Below, one piece after another: positions 1-9,685 of a stretch of DNA of 64,000 bases; the first letter of the stretch is position 1, and each line of letters opens with the position of its first letter. Under the pieces are notes generated by a model. That model was not told the origin of the DNA. It saw nothing but the letters and a program-made list of their open reading frames with translations, and ran no database searches. Source of the DNA: a virus. The stretch lies in IMG/VR virus record IMGVR_UViG_3300032304_000763, positions 7,548 through 71,547 of that record, one strand, 5' to 3'. Made by a program: the position numbers and the translations under genes.

Positions 1-1
1 T

Positions 2-970
2 GACGACTGGTCACATATTATTTTTGCCAATAGGAAATTTGTATTGTTTTCAGGCACAGGATCAGCAACATATTCTTCTAGACTAGGTTTAGATTGGCTA
101 GAAAGAGATCTGCCAATTAGTGATCCAACAGCCGCTGTAGCAGGACTGAACAAGTATCTTGTACTGTCAGATAACAATGCTGCTGTAGCATCAGACGGCT
201 CAGATAATCGAGTGTACAGAGTGTTAACTGTTGATGTTCTTAGCGGAGCGCCAGGCAACTATAGATTAGCTGTTAGGGTAGCTCCGGATTTTAGTAGAAC
301 AACAAGTCCACCGCATAACACCCCCATTGAAATACGAGAAAAATACAGTCAGGTACGACTAACTGGTCATGACTTCTTAGATATTGGCACAGGAAACTTT
401 GAACAAACAAATTATCCTGCCTTATATACTCAGGGAACTTTATCAAGAGCACCAGAAAACGAAGTATATAATAGGGGTGGCGGTCGAGTATTTTATACAA
501 GTACTGACCAAGACGGTAACTTTAGAGTTGGTGAATTGTTTGCTGTTGAACAGGCCACTGGTGTTGTAACAATTAGTGCTGATTATTTTGATCTAGGCGG
601 CTTATCAGAACTTAGATTGGGTGGTATCCGTGTTGGCGGTACTGGAGTAGTTATTAGAGAATTTTCAACAGATGTTACATTTGCTGCTGATTCAAATAAT
701 GTTGTCCCAACACAAAGAGCAATTAAAGCATTTGTTTCTAGACGTATTTCGGGAGGCGGCTCTGAAGCTGCTACGGGTACACTAGTAGCAGGTACTGTTA
801 GAATAGGTGGACCGAATAATATCGGTAGTACAACAAATACCTATGTAAACATACCGGTAAATGTTAATATTAGGAAGGGTATTTCGGGAATGATGCTGGC
901 TATGAGCATGTTCTCAGACGGGTTTAATAGCAATCTTGATGGGCAAGAGGTAGGAAGGGATTTAGGTTAA
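2..970 (+). CDS. Large virion structural (baseplate/fibre) protein, C-terminal part; 5' end outside window
   Basis: Frame is open from the window edge. C-terminal module (YSQVRLTGHDFLDIGTGNF...GGRVFYTSTDQDGNFRVG...EFSTD...VPTQRAIK) is shared with the next gene. Confidence 0.7.
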   Translation, partial: DDWSHIIFANRKFVLFSGTGSATYSSRLGLDWLERDLPISDPTAAVAGLNKYLVLSDNNAAVASDGSDNRVYRVLTVDVLSGAPGNYRLAVRVAPDFSRTTSPPHNTPIEIREKYSQVRLTGHDFLDIGTGNFEQTNYPALYTQGTLSRAPENEVYNRGGGRVFYTSTDQDGNFRVGELFAVEQATGVVTISADYFDLGGLSELRLGGIRVGGTGVVIREFSTDVTFAADSNNVVPTQRAIKAFVSRRISGGGSEAATGTLVAGTVRIGGPNNIGSTTNTYVNIPVNVNIRKGISGMMLAMSMFSDGFNSNLDGQEVGRDLG

Positions 971-982
971 AATCATATTAGA

Positions 983-988
983 TAAATA
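983..988 (+). promoter_or_regulatory. T4-type late promoter (TAAATA)
   Basis: gaTAAATA in the intergenic gap, followed by a GGAG SD and the ATG at 1013. Confidence 0.6.
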
Positions 989-1012
989 TGGTATCGAATA
1001 TCGGAGTCATCG

Positions 1013-4000
1013 ATGGCAGAGTTTAAATTAGGTAGAATTAGATTTGTATGGAAAGGTGAGTGGATCTCAGGGACTTCTTACCTTAAAGACGACGTAGTAC
1101 GTGTAAACGGTCGTGTTTATATCTGCGTTATAGGTCATACAGCAGATCCAGATTTTTATGTAGATGCGGATAATTTTCCAGCACGGTGGAATCAGGCCAG
1201 TGATGGCCAAACGTGGCGCGGAGATTGGACTCCAGACACACTATATTATGAAAACGACATAGTCAAATACGGCGGACAACTATATATTTGTTTAGTTGGA
1301 CATACTTCAAATGCTGATGTAAGTGTTGGTCTAGAAGTCGACTTAGATCTTGGTGATAGTACACAGACCAAGTGGGATCAATTTGCTGAAGGATTTGATT
1401 GGAAAGGCGATTGGACAACCAACACTAGATACAAATTAAACGACATTGTCAAATACGGTGGTAATACGTATTTGTGTAATCTGGGACACACTTCAGCACC
1501 AACCGCGGCTATGGGATTAGAAGGTCTTGATAGATTAACACCGGGACAGACAGAAGATCTTAATAAATGGGATCAATTCTCAGAAGCATTTGATTGGAAA
1601 GGTGACTGGACTCCAGGAACTCGATATAAAATCAATGACGTAGTATCTTTTGGTGGCACATCGTATGTGTGTAACGAAGGACATCCTGCGGCAGCAACAT
1701 TTGTTCTTGGCCTAGAAGCTGACCAAGGCAAGTGGGATTATTTCAATCAAGGCATTGAATATCTTGGTTTATGGGATGCCGAAGACCAGAATTATAAAGT
1801 AAACGATCTTGTTAAAAACGGTAACGGCATTTACATCTGTTTACAGAAACATTCATCATCATTGTCTAGAACATTTGAGCAAGATGAAGACTCCGGTTAC
1901 TGGGGAGAATTTTTAGAAGGTATTCAGTTTGAAGATAGTTGGAACAGTTCAACAATTTATCAACCTGGTGATATTATTACCTATGGTGGTTATGCGTATG
2001 TGGCTACAACAAATCATAGCAATATTAAACCTACCCAGGCCGTAACCGGTTCGCAGAACTGGGATCTGTTTACCACAGCATTTAAATTCCAACAAAACTG
2101 GAATTTATCTGCCAATTATAGAGTAGGCGATGTTGTAAGATTAAGCGGCTTTACTTATGTTGCCATTGCTGATAATACTAATCAAAAGCCTCCAAACTTA
2201 ACATACTGGGAACAATTAAATCCTGGTATTCGTTGGCTAGGAGCATGGGCAAACGGCTATGGATATGTGTTAGGTGATGCAGTTCGTTATGGACCTAATA
2301 GTTATGTCTGCGTAAATGCTCATACATCAGCATCTGCTACAAATAGACCAGACATTGATGTTACTGGAACTGTTTGGAACTTGTTAGCCAACGGCCAAGA
2401 ATCATCTGTGTTAACCACACAAGGTGACCTTGTCTACTACGGCGGTGCTGGTCCAACAAGATTACCAATCGGAGCAGACGGCCAAGTATTAGTCGTTGGC
2501 AATGCCCAAGCACCCGAGTGGAGATATTGGGGTGAAGTTGATCAGTTATATTATGTGAGTTTAGATGGAGTTGATCAAACAGCACCCGCCTACGGTGTTA
2601 CTCTAGACAAGCCTTGGAGAACAGTACGATACGCTGCTGAGCAGATTGAAAAAGGTACTAGAAATCCTCAAGCAGCACGTCTACTGGAAATTAATAGACA
2701 GTTTGTACAGCGGGAAACAGTACAGTGGATCAACTATCAGATTGCCAACAATATCTCACCGTTCGTATCTAGTTTTTCTTACGATACAACCAAGTGTGAA
2801 CGAGATGTTGGACTAATCATCGATGCTATCCTATGGGATATACGTCATGGTGGCAATGCTAGATCTAGAAAAGCAGCAGTTGAGTATGTAACTAATGCTT
2901 CTACATTTTATGGATTAGGTCAAAAAGAAGAAACTGTAGCAGCAATCAACTACGCAATAACCACATTAGTTAACACTGCGGTATTGTTAAACGCTGCCCC
3001 AGCTACAAACTATCAAGTTACTAACAGTGTTCCTGTCAATGACAGAATTTTACAGATTATTGACACAGATTTTGTAGCAGAAACTCTGTCATTCGCAGAG
3101 ATAGCTAGTTTAAAATCATTGATCACAGTGGCGATCAGTGGAGGCACACTAGGCAGCGTTGGAGCAGAAGTAAAACCACAGAGAACAATTCTAGTTAAAA
3201 CAGGAGTATTCTTTGAAACTCTTCCAATTATTGTGCCAGTGGACACAGCAGTAGTAGGTGATGAACTACGTTCAACAAATATTAGACCAGCAGCGTCACA
3301 AGTTGACATTACCGATGTTCCAAAAAGTTTAGATGCCCTATCACGAATTAGTGCTATTATCAGCAATATTGTACAAGGCACTACTGTAACAAAAACGACA
3401 ACGGGTTCAAACCCTAATACGTTGTCTCAGAGTCAAACTAAACCATTTGCCACTGCTACTCAGGGAACACTGTTAACTGGGCTAATGACTAACGCAACAG
3501 CATACATTAACTTTTACGTTAATAGCACTGGATCTGCTCCAGCAATGACAGGGTCAAATGCTGCTGCTAGTTTGTATAATGTATATGCTGCTATTAGACA
3601 GCTTGAACTTAATAGAGAATTTATTGTAGCAGAAGTTCAAGCATATATCGCATTGACATATTCCGGCTATGCTGTTCTCACAGAATATGTCAATGAATAC
3701 ATTGATGCGATGAAATATGATTTAGCCTACACTGGAAATTATAGAACACTAACAGCCGCAAAGTGGTATGTAAGAAGTGTAAATGGGTCTATCGCAGAAA
3801 ACATGTTCTTGGTTAGAAACGCAACAGGCGTTAGAAATCTAACTGTTCAAGGATTAACTGGTACACTAGGAGCTCCTAATGCCTACGGTACTCGTAGACC
3901 AACAGCAGGTGCCTACACTTCTTTAGATCCGGGATGGGGTCCAAATGACGAAGCTGTTTGGATTACCACAAGATCATGCTATGTACAAAACGTTACTACA

Positions 4001-6997
4001 TTTGGTACTGCCTGTATTGGATGTAAAATTGACGGTGATCTACATGCTGGCGGCAATAAATCTATCGTTAGCAACGACTTTACACAGGTGCTGTCTGATG
4101 GTATTGGAGTATGGTGTACTAACCTAGGTAGAACAGAATTAGTTTCAGTATTCGGATACTATGGACACATCGGTTACCTAGCAGAAAATGGTGGTAAGAT
4201 TCGAGCTACTAACGGTAACAGTTCCTACGGTGAATTTGGTTGCGTGGCTGAAGGTGTTGATGCTACTGAAACTCCAATTACTGGTGTTGTTAATAATAGA
4301 TATGAAGAAGCAATATCATCAAAATCTTTAACTAGCGGACAACAGGTCTATCGAGTTGAATACTCAAACGCTGGAAATAATTATACATCCGCCGCATTTA
4401 CATTCAACGGCCCAGGTACTACATTTACCACAGTGGGAGATGAAACCCGCGACGGTGGTATATTTGAACTTAGACTATTAGATGTTGACGATAGTTCAGG
4501 GCAGTTCGGCGGACTAGATTACCTAAGTTCTGAAAACGTAGCTCAGGGCGGTTCAACAACAGCAATTACTATTGCTGCCACAGACGACCAAACTAGTTCT
4601 GCGTATGTTGGCATGCGAATTTATATCCAATCTGGTGTAGGTGTCGGACAGTACGGTTATATTAATACCTATAATGCTGGTAGCAAAATTGCCACAGTAC
4701 TTAAAGAATCAACAGGTACATCCGGATGGGATCATGTAATTCCAGGTACTACTATCGTAGCACCAGATCCATCATCATTGTATATCATTGAACCAAGAGT
4801 TAATGTTCCAGCACCGACCGAAGCAACATTGAGTGTTACTGGTGGGCCTGCTGGCGGATGTAGAGATGCGGTATATGCCAATGTTAGAGAAACATTTATC
4901 AACATAGCTGCTACTGGTGGTTCAGGTACCGGTGCTACATTCAACGTGACTAGAAATGGGTTGACTTATACAGTTACCCTAAATCAAGCTGGTCAAGACT
5001 ACGAAAATAATGACCTATTGACAATTGCTGGCACATCAGTTGGTGGAGCATCACCAGCCAATAATATCAGCATCCGAGTTGAAACTGTAGATTACACAGC
5101 AGGTATTATTGTAGGTGAAATATTAACAATATCACATGAAGGTCGAGGCCGCGGAGGCAATTTTGTATTAGTTCCTGCTGCCTCAAGCAATTTAGCATAC
5201 TACTCAACAAACGGCACAGCTTGGTCATCATCGACATTACCATCATCTGCTGCTTGGACTGCTGTAGGTGCCGGAACTATCAGTAACGTAGCCTATGTTG
5301 TAGCATTAGGTAGCACAGCAACATCAACTGCGGCATACAGTACTAATGGCGGAGCATCATGGGCAGTATCAGCATTGCCACAAATTAGTGCTGTTACATC
5401 TGTGGCATTTGGTGGCAATAGGTTTGTTGCTGTGCGTTCAGATTCTAATAACTCGTTGGTGTCCACAGGCGGCACAGTTTGGGCCAATGGTGCTAACATA
5501 CTACCTGGATCAACTAACTGGCAAAGTATAACCTATGGCAAAGGAAGATTCTTTGCTGTTGCTGCTGGCGGTACTGCCAGTGCTTACAGCTTAGATGGTA
5601 TTTCATGGACTGCTGCCGCATTACCTAGTTCTGCTACATGGAACAGCATTGCGTTTGGTAACAACGTGTTTGTTGCTTTATCAAATGAAGGCAACTTGGC
5701 AATCAGCAATAACGGCACATCGTGGACAGCGGTAGTTGGTACTATTAATGCTGATGAAGTTGGTTATGGACAAGGTTCATTTATAGCAACTAGCCATGCT
5801 TCATCGACCGCCTACTACAGATCACAAGACGGCCTAACATGGACACAGGGCACAGCAACCTTTACTACCACAGGACGACCAGTATTTGGCAATCCAAATG
5901 AAACACCGGTATGGATAATTCCGCGTACTACTTCAGCTCAGGCAGCGGTGAGTATTGGATCTAGAGCTTATGTTAGAGCTCGAGTTGCTGATACTAAGAT
6001 TGTAGAATTTAGAGTAGTTGAACCAGGTAGCGGTTATATTGCTGGTTCACCGCCAAGCATTACTATTACTGATCCTAACAACACCTACGAAGTACCGTTT
6101 ACTGTTAGAGTAGGCAACGGAGTGTTGGCAAATCCAACATTTATTGATCGTGGTGCTGATTGGGAAGTTGCCACTGCTACAGTATCGGGCGATGGCTATG
6201 CTGACCTATTCCAAGACGGTAGTTTGGTCGATGTTAAAGGAATTTACACAGTGCCGATTCCGGGCTCAAACGTTGAATTTACCAGCATTCCTGGTAAGTT
6301 CTATAAACTAGTAAACGTTACCCGATTGTTAGGTACTGGCCCGTATACTGCTCGTTTACAAGTTAGTCCACCAATTGAAATATCTGAAACGGCTCCGCAT
6401 GAAGATCCGTTTGAAATTAGAATTAGATATTCACAGGTTCGATTAACAGGACATGACTTCTTAGACATTGGTACTGGAAACTTTACCAATACAAACTATC
6501 CAGGATTACCGTTGTCAGATCCAATACCAGATAATGAAACTGTAGAAAGCAACGGCGGTCGAGTATTCTATACAAGTACCGACCAAGACGGTAACTTTAG
6601 AGTTGGCGGGTTGTTTACCGTTGAACAAAGTACTGGTACCGCAACATTAAATGCTGATGCGTTTAACATTGCAGGTCTACAAGAGCTCAGTTTAGGCTCA
6701 GTTGAATTAGGCACAGGGGGTGCTACAGTTACTGAATTTTCAACAGATCCATTCTTTACACAGGATTCAGATTCAGTTATACCTACTCAAAGAGCTATTA
6801 AAGCGTACATATCTTCACAAATTGGCTCGGGCTCGAGCACATTGAACGTAAATACTCTTACAGCAGGTCAGATATTTGTAGCTAATGACTACATTACAAC
6901 CACTACAGGAGGGCAAATCAATGTCCTTGCTAAGATGAATTTCATCGGTGGTATTAATGGAATCCCAGTGGCTATGAACTTATTTTTACATAGTTAA
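1013..6997 (+). CDS. Giant multidomain virion fibre/baseplate protein (1994 aa): 8 CBM5/12-like repeats, phycobiliprotein-like helical inserts, beta-helix-like and propeller-like regions
   Basis: N-terminal WxGxW..Y..nDvV..gG..YiC..gHts repeats; KCERDVGLIIDAILWDIRHGGN helical domain; S.nG.sW propeller-type repeats; C-terminus paralogous to the upstream gene. Confidence 0.75.
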   Translation: MAEFKLGRIRFVWKGEWISGTSYLKDDVVRVNGRVYICVIGHTADPDFYVDADNFPARWNQASDGQTWRGDWTPDTLYYENDIVKYGGQLYICLVGHTSNADVSVGLEVDLDLGDSTQTKWDQFAEGFDWKGDWTTNTRYKLNDIVKYGGNTYLCNLGHTSAPTAAMGLEGLDRLTPGQTEDLNKWDQFSEAFDWKGDWTPGTRYKINDVVSFGGTSYVCNEGHPAAATFVLGLEADQGKWDYFNQGIEYLGLWDAEDQNYKVNDLVKNGNGIYICLQKHSSSLSRTFEQDEDSGYWGEFLEGIQFEDSWNSSTIYQPGDIITYGGYAYVATTNHSNIKPTQAVTGSQNWDLFTTAFKFQQNWNLSANYRVGDVVRLSGFTYVAIADNTNQKPPNLTYWEQLNPGIRWLGAWANGYGYVLGDAVRYGPNSYVCVNAHTSASATNRPDIDVTGTVWNLLANGQESSVLTTQGDLVYYGGAGPTRLPIGADGQVLVVGNAQAPEWRYWGEVDQLYYVSLDGVDQTAPAYGVTLDKPWRTVRYAAEQIEKGTRNPQAARLLEINRQFVQRETVQWINYQIANNISPFVSSFSYDTTKCERDVGLIIDAILWDIRHGGNARSRKAAVEYVTNASTFYGLGQKEETVAAINYAITTLVNTAVLLNAAPATNYQVTNSVPVNDRILQIIDTDFVAETLSFAEIASLKSLITVAISGGTLGSVGAEVKPQRTILVKTGVFFETLPIIVPVDTAVVGDELRSTNIRPAASQVDITDVPKSLDALSRISAIISNIVQGTTVTKTTTGSNPNTLSQSQTKPFATATQGTLLTGLMTNATAYINFYVNSTGSAPAMTGSNAAASLYNVYAAIRQLELNREFIVAEVQAYIALTYSGYAVLTEYVNEYIDAMKYDLAYTGNYRTLTAAKWYVRSVNGSIAENMFLVRNATGVRNLTVQGLTGTLGAPNAYGTRRPTAGAYTSLDPGWGPNDEAVWITTRSCYVQNVTTFGTACIGCKIDGDLHAGGNKSIVSNDFTQVLSDGIGVWCTNLGRTELVSVFGYYGHIGYLAENGGKIRATNGNSSYGEFGCVAEGVDATETPITGVVNNRYEEAISSKSLTSGQQVYRVEYSNAGNNYTSAAFTFNGPGTTFTTVGDETRDGGIFELRLLDVDDSSGQFGGLDYLSSENVAQGGSTTAITIAATDDQTSSAYVGMRIYIQSGVGVGQYGYINTYNAGSKIATVLKESTGTSGWDHVIPGTTIVAPDPSSLYIIEPRVNVPAPTEATLSVTGGPAGGCRDAVYANVRETFINIAATGGSGTGATFNVTRNGLTYTVTLNQAGQDYENNDLLTIAGTSVGGASPANNISIRVETVDYTAGIIVGEILTISHEGRGRGGNFVLVPAASSNLAYYSTNGTAWSSSTLPSSAAWTAVGAGTISNVAYVVALGSTATSTAAYSTNGGASWAVSALPQISAVTSVAFGGNRFVAVRSDSNNSLVSTGGTVWANGANILPGSTNWQSITYGKGRFFAVAAGGTASAYSLDGISWTAAALPSSATWNSIAFGNNVFVALSNEGNLAISNNGTSWTAVVGTINADEVGYGQGSFIATSHASSTAYYRSQDGLTWTQGTATFTTTGRPVFGNPNETPVWIIPRTTSAQAAVSIGSRAYVRARVADTKIVEFRVVEPGSGYIAGSPPSITITDPNNTYEVPFTVRVGNGVLANPTFIDRGADWEVATATVSGDGYADLFQDGSLVDVKGIYTVPIPGSNVEFTSIPGKFYKLVNVTRLLGTGPYTARLQVSPPIEISETAPHEDPFEIRIRYSQVRLTGHDFLDIGTGNFTNTNYPGLPLSDPIPDNETVESNGGRVFYTSTDQDGNFRVGGLFTVEQSTGTATLNADAFNIAGLQELSLGSVELGTGGATVTEFSTDPFFTQDSDSVIPTQRAIKAYISSQIGSGSSTLNVNTLTAGQIFVANDYITTTTGGQINVLAKMNFIGGINGIPVAMNLFLHS

Positions 6998-7009
6998 CGG
7001 AGAAATTAA

Positions 7010-7330
7010 ATGGCAACAGGTAGATTAGGAGCAAGCGATCTAGCACAGGCTACAAATACATCGGTTTACACCGTACCATCGGATACTTTTTCGGTGGTTA
7101 CGTTGTCAATTTGTAATAGAAACAATCAAGCATGTTCTATTAGAGTAGCTATCTCAGCAGCTGCAACACCCACAGCAGCTGAGTGGATCGAATTTGACAC
7201 AGAAGTATTGGGTAAGGGCGTTCTAGAACGTACAGGTATCGTTATGGATGCTGGTAGACTATTAGTAGTGTATTCCAGTGCCGCAAACGTCAGTGCCGTA
7301 GCGTTTGGCATAGAAACGCCTACAGCATAA
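7010..7330 (+). CDS. Small virion structural protein (106 aa)
   Basis: GGAG SD; beta-rich; tightly packed within the late structural block. Confidence 0.6.
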   Translation: MATGRLGASDLAQATNTSVYTVPSDTFSVVTLSICNRNNQACSIRVAISAAATPTAAEWIEFDTEVLGKGVLERTGIVMDAGRLLVVYSSAANVSAVAFGIETPTA

Positions 7331-7353
7331 ATATACATTGACAGGGGAAATAC

Positions 7354-7686
7354 ATGGGAAGATATATCACAACAACTGGCACAGCAAATAACGTTATTCG
7401 CGAAGTTTCTACTGCGTTCAACGCTTCAGTCAATGATCGAATTTTAGCTAATAGTACATCAGCAGCTTTTACTATTACATTGCCAAATGCTTCTACACTT
7501 TTACTCAATGACACTATTCAGATCATTGATATCGGTGGAGTAGCAGCTACCAACAATATTACGATTGGTCGAAATGGGGCTAAAATTCAAAACATTAGCG
7601 ACGATTTAACCATCGACGTTAACGGTTCGATTATTACTTTGATTTATAGCGGAGCAACATACGGCTGGGTCGTAGCATCTGCTTAA
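7354..7686 (+). CDS. Small tail-fibre-associated protein resembling the T4 gp34 N-terminal repeat unit
   Basis: DRILANSTSAAFTITLP...DTIQIIDIGG.AATNNITIGRNG.KI...LIYSG.TYGW pattern; TAAATA at 7328. Confidence 0.55.
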   Translation: MGRYITTTGTANNVIREVSTAFNASVNDRILANSTSAAFTITLPNASTLLLNDTIQIIDIGGVAATNNITIGRNGAKIQNISDDLTIDVNGSIITLIYSGATYGWVVASA

Positions 7687-7707
7687 TGAGTTAACACAGG
7701 AAGAGAC

Positions 7708-8676
7708 ATGCCAACATCATTTAAAAACCTGGTAAAGATCAAGGGTGACGGAATATACGCTACTGAAGAACATTTAGAGCGTGGCCGAATCCATGTGTTT
7801 ACGCCAGGTAACAACTATACCAACTACGGTATATGCTGGCGGGCACCTGCCAAGGGTACCGCAGTTATAGAAATTTGGGGTGCTGGCGGAAGTGGTGCTC
7901 GTATGTGCTGCTGCGGCGGCGGACTTCCTGGTAACGCAGGAGCGTATTCAAAGAAAACTGTTCAGGTAAACTCGGGATGTTTCATCTGTGGTTCAGTGGG
8001 ATTTAGCTGCGGTAACGCAGACGCAATATGTTTTAGAGGCTGTTCAGATCCAACCGGAGTATGTTGGACTGGAAATTGCGGAGCATCGGGTTGCTTGTGT
8101 GCTCAAGGTGGAGCAGGTGGTAGAAGTTTTTGTACAACAGGCACTTCGTTATATTGCTGTTTTGCCGCCAACGGCTACTGTGCTCGCGGTCCGTACAATG
8201 ATAACTGCGGCACAATCTGTAACTACTTTGGTGGTATTTGGATTGCCTGTGCCTACGGTGGCGATATTAATCGCTGTGGCGGATTCTCGTGTACGGCATT
8301 CCTAGGATGTCAAGGTCCGTGTATTTGCTCTACTACATTTCACGTAGCAACACCTCCGGGATATGTTTCTAAATGCGGCGGAGTTACTATTTTTGGTAAT
8401 GAAAATAATAATGAATTTTCAAATTGGTCAGGTCAGGGTGCTCACCAACATCAATCAGCACTAAACGCACAATCTCGTCAACCGACACACGGTATTCCTT
8501 GGTCCTACTGCTGGGGTTTTGGTGGTGGTTGCGGCTGTTACGAAAACGAAGGCTGTTATACAGGTGTAGGCCCCGGATATCCAGGTACTCCACCATTCCC
8601 ATGCGGTGATGTTAGAGACCATGGAAGACGAGGTGGCCACGGTGCTATCCGTATTAGATTTATAGAGGGACAATAA
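7708..8676 (+). CDS. Cys/Gly-rich protein, paralog 1 (putative fibre-tip adhesin with a glycine-rich domain)
   Basis: IEIWGAGGSG...GGHGAIRIRF scaffold; 31 Cys in 322 aa by manual count. Confidence 0.65.
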   Translation: MPTSFKNLVKIKGDGIYATEEHLERGRIHVFTPGNNYTNYGICWRAPAKGTAVIEIWGAGGSGARMCCCGGGLPGNAGAYSKKTVQVNSGCFICGSVGFSCGNADAICFRGCSDPTGVCWTGNCGASGCLCAQGGAGGRSFCTTGTSLYCCFAANGYCARGPYNDNCGTICNYFGGIWIACAYGGDINRCGGFSCTAFLGCQGPCICSTTFHVATPPGYVSKCGGVTIFGNENNNEFSNWSGQGAHQHQSALNAQSRQPTHGIPWSYCWGFGGGCGCYENEGCYTGVGPGYPGTPPFPCGDVRDHGRRGGHGAIRIRFIEGQ

Positions 8677-8677
8677 T

Positions 8678-9673
8678 ATGCCTACATCATTTAAAGGTCT
8701 TGTCCAAGCAAAACAACCGTTTATTGCCTTTGAAGAAGAAAATTTAGAGCAAGGTAGAATTTGGGCTTACACCCACGGCAATGTCCGTACAAAAATGTGT
8801 GGAGAAGTTTGCTGGATAGCACCTGCCAACGGCGTTGCTACAATTGAAATTTGGGGTGCTGGTGGTAGTGGTGCTCGTATGTGCTGTTGCGGTGGCGGCA
8901 TTCCAGGAAACCCTGGTGCGTATTCTAGAAGAACCATTTGCGTAGCTACTGGATGTTTGGTTACCGGATCAATTGGTTTTAGCTGCGGTAATGCTGACGG
9001 TCTTTGTTTTAGAGGTTGCTCAGAAGCAACAGGAGTTTGTTGGAGATCAACAACTTCAAACGGCTGTATGTGTGCTCAAGGTGGTCGTGGAGGCACAGCA
9101 TATTGCTCAACAGGCACATCAATGTGGTGCTGTTTCCAAGCAGGCAGCTTCTGCGGCACAGGTCCGTTTAATGCAAACTGCGGTATTATTTGTAATTATG
9201 GCGGCGGTACTGCCAGCTGTTGTGCTGATGCGTTTGGCGGAGATGTAAACGCAAGAGGCGGATTTAGTCGTGCTTCATTCTTCGGCTGTACACCAAGTTG
9301 TCCGTGTTCGACTATCTATCACATAGCAACACCTCCAGGATACTATTCGGACTGCGGTGGTGAAATTACCTATACTAATGAAGGCGACAGCGGACACTCT
9401 AACTGGAGCGGGATGGCTCTAAACGGATTCCTTTACGGTTTAAACGTAGCAGGACGTCAACCAGGACGTGGAGTTGACGGTGCTCATAGATGTTGGACCG
9501 GTGGTAGAACTTGCGGATGTTACGAAGGTAACGGATGTATTCCGTTTGTTCCGCCTGGATTCCCCGGACCACCTCCGTTTCCTTGCCCAGATGTGCGTGA
9601 TGTTGGTTATCGTGGCGGTCATGGTGCTATCCGTATCCGATTCATTCAAGATGGTACAGTCCAAGAACTATAA
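8678..9673 (+). CDS. Cys/Gly-rich protein, paralog 2
   Basis: Same scaffold and MPTSF N-terminus; 30 Cys in 331 aa. Confidence 0.65.
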   Translation: MPTSFKGLVQAKQPFIAFEEENLEQGRIWAYTHGNVRTKMCGEVCWIAPANGVATIEIWGAGGSGARMCCCGGGIPGNPGAYSRRTICVATGCLVTGSIGFSCGNADGLCFRGCSEATGVCWRSTTSNGCMCAQGGRGGTAYCSTGTSMWCCFQAGSFCGTGPFNANCGIICNYGGGTASCCADAFGGDVNARGGFSRASFFGCTPSCPCSTIYHIATPPGYYSDCGGEITYTNEGDSGHSNWSGMALNGFLYGLNVAGRQPGRGVDGAHRCWTGGRTCGCYEGNGCIPFVPPGFPGPPPFPCPDVRDVGYRGGHGAIRIRFIQDGTVQEL

Positions 9674-9685
9674 GAGAAAAATATA

